The notes under the pieces are model-generated. The model saw only the letters and a list, made by a program, of their open reading frames with translations, made no database searches and was not told the DNA's origin. Below, in pieces: positions 60,305-64,000 of a stretch of DNA of 64,000 nt (the stretch's first letter is position 1; each line of letters begins with the position of its first letter). Position numbers and translations under genes: made by a program. Source of the stretch: Eledone cirrhosa (lineage: Eukaryota). Location: assembly GCA_964016885.1 (NCBI GenBank), contig OZ024744.1, forward strand, positions 96,286,001 to 96,350,000, read 5' to 3'.

Positions 60305-61660
60305 AGGCGGCGAATTGGCAGAGTCGTCGCTAGAACGTTTGGATAGAATGCTTTGCATCGGATGAATTCGTTTCGGCTCACTACTCTCTGAGTACAAATC
60401 CCGCCGAGGTGAACTTTGCCTTTCATCCATTTGAGGTCGATAAAAAAATAGTACTTGTCTAGTACTGGCATCGATTCTTCCTCTATATCTCTTTCTCACA
60501 TTTATTCTTTCACACTCAATCCTTCTCAGGAAGAAATCTGCTGTATTCAGACCTGGAGAGAGGGGTTGGGCTCCTCCATGTTTAAAAAATGACCAAGAAA
60601 CTCCATATGTCAATATGGCCCTTACGACGCCCCCAGGAGTTACGAGACCATACATATATGCTACATTATGTCTCATAGGTAGATTAATATATATATATTG
60701 CTTCATGATATTGTTTCTAATTTAAATTCAAAGCCAATGACTTCTTTTTGAGGGCTTAAGTCGATTATTTTGATCCCAGTATTTCATTGGTACTTTATTA
60801 ATTTATTGACTTCGAAAGAATGCATGAGAAAGTTGACCTCGGCGGGATTTTAACTCAGAATGTGAAGAGATGCAAATAAATATGTCCGACGCTCTAAAGA
60901 TTCCAGCAATCTACTGCAATATATTTGCAGTAGTAAATAGAATATTGATGAGCGATTCTTCAATCTATTAGCGACATCAATTGAATTGATTTGATCTAAA
61001 TAGAAACCACTAAAATTGAGCTGCAAATTCTGAGTTTCATTATTATATGCAGATTGAGGGCAGTGGATTGGCAGTATCGGTAGAGGATCGGACGCTATGC
61101 TTTGCAGCATAGAGTTACGGCCCTTTATGATCGGAGTTCAAATCCCACCGAGGTTAACTTTGCCTTTCATCCTTACGTGGTCGATAAAGTAAAGTACTAG
61201 TCACACACTGGGGTCGATTTAATCGTCTTTCTCCTCCCCCAAAATTGCTGGCCTTGTGTCTCTATAACCATTATTATATGCAGGATGAGGTAAAAAATAA
61301 ACAAACTTCGTTGGATGACTATGCAGAGTCCCGTAATTCCTGAGGGAATCATATGACGCCGTATTGAGATATTGTGTTTCTAGGGCATTTTAAAATTTGG
61401 TACAGCCCATCTCCTCTCCCCAGGTCTGAATACAGTAGATTTCTTCCAGAGAAAGATAGAGAGCGTGAAAGAAATGAAGTGAGAAAGAGATATAATAGAA
61501 GAAGAATTGATCACAGTACTTGACTGGTACATTGTTTTATCGACCATGAATAGATGAAAGGCAAAGTTGACCTCGGCGGTATTTGAATTCAGAGAACAGA
61601 GAGCCGGAAGGAATATTGCAATGCAAAGCATTCTATCCGAATCTGCCAATTCGCTGCCTT
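60305..61660. mobile_element. Cluster of four S1/S1-related SINEs in alternating orientation
   Basis: 60305-60680 (+), 60720-60915 (-), 61058-61270 (+), 61320-61660 (-). Confidence 0.7.
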
Positions 61661-62007
61661 CGATGACTGTAGAAGAGTTTATTTATAAGATCCACCTTAT
61701 AGATAAAGGAATACTGCCAATATGGAAGTATAGTTGATGCCAACAAACCTGAATGTATCAATAATGCTGATGATTAAGGGAAGAAAAAAAAAAAATTAAC
61801 AAAAACAAAAACTACAAAGAACAAAAAACAAAACAAAAGAAAACAACAAAAAACACGTGGAATATTCCGATTAAGATTTCTATGGAGGTCAATCGACCAT
61901 TTGAGGTGGATGTCGCATCAAAGGAAAATACCAACGATTAGGTGATATATGTATGTTCTTCTGGTTTTATAATTTCACAAAGTTTTACCAATAGAGAGAT
62001 AGAGAGA

Positions 62008-64000
62008 GTCGGTTTCTAACATAGACACAAGACTTTCTCATTGGAATTTACACAACATCAACCAGGTAGATATGTATGTATGCATGCATGTGTAGATATG
62101 GATGTTATTGTATGTGTGGATGTGTATGTTTTGAGTTGTATGTGTGCATGTGTATATGCTTTGCATCTGTATATGTGTATATGCAGTTAATAGATGCAAC
62201 ATTTTTAGAATGTGTTACATATTTTTACTGTTCCATTAATGGATTGTACTTGTAATTTCCTAACTAGTTGTGTTCTTTCTGTTCCTGTGAAGCCTAGCTT
62301 CTCAAGATTTGTATTGAGGCAGTTACTAACATACCCCAGTGCCCCAATAATCACAGGCATAAATCTGAAGGTGTAATCAGGGTGGAGTATCTTCAGATTT
62401 CTCATCAGTTCTGCATAAATGTTCTCCTTTTCACTAATCTTTGATATTATATTGGCATCTGCTGGGCAGCTAACTTCCACTACTGTGCATGCCTTCTTTT
62501 CCCTGTCCCATATCATTATATCTGGTCTGTTATGTCTGCATTTTATAGGGGTTTTTACTGGAACATTCCACCAGTAGTCTTTTATGTTATGTACATGGAT
62601 GTCTTCCACATTGCTGTACAGTGTTTTGGCCACTACACAATTCCTCATAGGTAGATAGTACCGCGATGACATCTTTGGACAGATGCTGATGACATGGGTG
62701 ATATCCTCGATGTTAGTTTTGCAGAGTCTGCACTTTCTTTATCTTATATTACTTTCCTTATCTATATTACTCTCACTCTGGAGCTTCCTGGCAACATATC
62801 CATGCATGATTTTTTGTGGATAGGCATGCAGTTTTTCATCCATGGATTCACTGCGATACTGCTGAGCGACATCCCTGGGTGCGAGTTTTTGATTATCACA
62901 CAGGGAATATCTCTCGAGGAGTTCCTTCCCAACTCTCATGATCTTATCTGTTTCATGCAGATAGACTTGCTCGAGGGACGGGCTCCTACGCTTCGAGGTT
63001 CATAAATGTTGTCGGAAGGATATGATGCGACACTCAAATACTGTCTGGACTGATGTTAGGCCTTCTGACTCCCTGCTTACGTTTCAAATAAAGGCGGTCT
63101 ATGTCACTGTTGATGTGGAAGTTTCCGGTGTTGTTCAGTATTTTTCGAGTTCCAACATCAACTGCTCGGATTTCGTCTATCATCCAATTGAGTATTCCAA
63201 ACGTTGGTGTTAGGACAGGCACAGCAAACACATTGTGAGCCATGTTTTGTTTTGTGCAGAGAGTTCCGATGACCAGATCTTTCTTATTCGGGTGTAGTAT
63301 TCCTTGGTTACGCGTTCTTTATTACATATTCCATTATAGGATATGTTCTCATCTATCCCCAGGTATCTGTAGCAGTCCTCATCAGATATCGGTGAAACAG
63401 TTAGGCCATTGATGACAATGTTGCTAGATTGGGTTGTTGTTTTTCCCCGCTTTACAGTCATGTATGAGCATTTATCTTGACCAAACTCCATTCCTATGTC
63501 CTTTAAGAACGTTGAAACCAGGTCAAGATTTTTCTTCATCCCATCCATGTTCTTGGCATAGAGTTTCAGATCGTCCACAAAGAAATTATGGGTTAGGTTC
63601 GTATTTCTGTCCTCCTGTGAGCCAATGATGTATCCCTCACATTTCTTGAGCAGAAAGGACAAGGGGTTTAATGACAAGATGAATAATATCACACAGAGAG
63701 ACTGTCCCCCTGAAATATACCCCTGCAATATTTTATTTTATCAGTGAAAATAGAGTCCTCCCTCTCTGTCTTTAACCTTAGGATAGTAGCCCAAAGAAGA
63801 AGACAGCCTCTCTATGGCTCTGACAATAATGTCTGGGACTTTAGCAAGTTGGAGGGCCTCTATCATCCAAGAGTGGGGAACAGAATCGAAAGCTTTCCTG
63901 TAGTCCAGCCAGACTGTAGTCATATTCCTCCTAAGTTGTCGCACCTCCGACATCGCAATTTTGTTGATTAGGAGTTGTTCAGTACATCCCCAAACCCCTT
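62008..64000 (-). mobile_element. R4/Dong-like non-LTR retrotransposon (RT, restriction-like EN, 3' UTR), frameshifted
   Basis: EQLLINK, WLDYRKAFDSVPHSW, SLCVILFILSLNPL, FFVDDLKLY, YRYLG, HNRPDIMIWD..VEVSCPAD and PVIIGALG. Confidence 0.9.

Overview
Animal genomic DNA, very AT- and microsatellite-rich, with one 200-N assembly gap. The repeat landscape suggests a coleoid cephalopod such as Octopus (inference). The only host protein-coding sequence I can support is the large last coding exon of an ether-a-go-go (eag/KCNH1-5 type) potassium channel on the minus strand (48555-49979); everything to its right appears to be intron. The rest is retroelement debris: Penelope-like elements (PLEs; RT plus C-terminal GIY-YIG), R4/Dong-, RTE-, CRE- and L1/Tx1-type LINE fragments, tRNA-derived SINEs, RTE-derived non-autonomous elements and mariner MITEs. 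The most striking observation is about 20 type I hammerhead-ribozyme (HHR) motifs from roughly ten unrelated sequence families. Most sit in short fold-back (inverted-repeat plus tail) elements inserted in (TA)n tracts. Several carry catalytic-core variants shared between copies (U3-A8 swap, A4, U10.1-U11.1). All calls were made by eye; boundaries are approximate and no database search was run.
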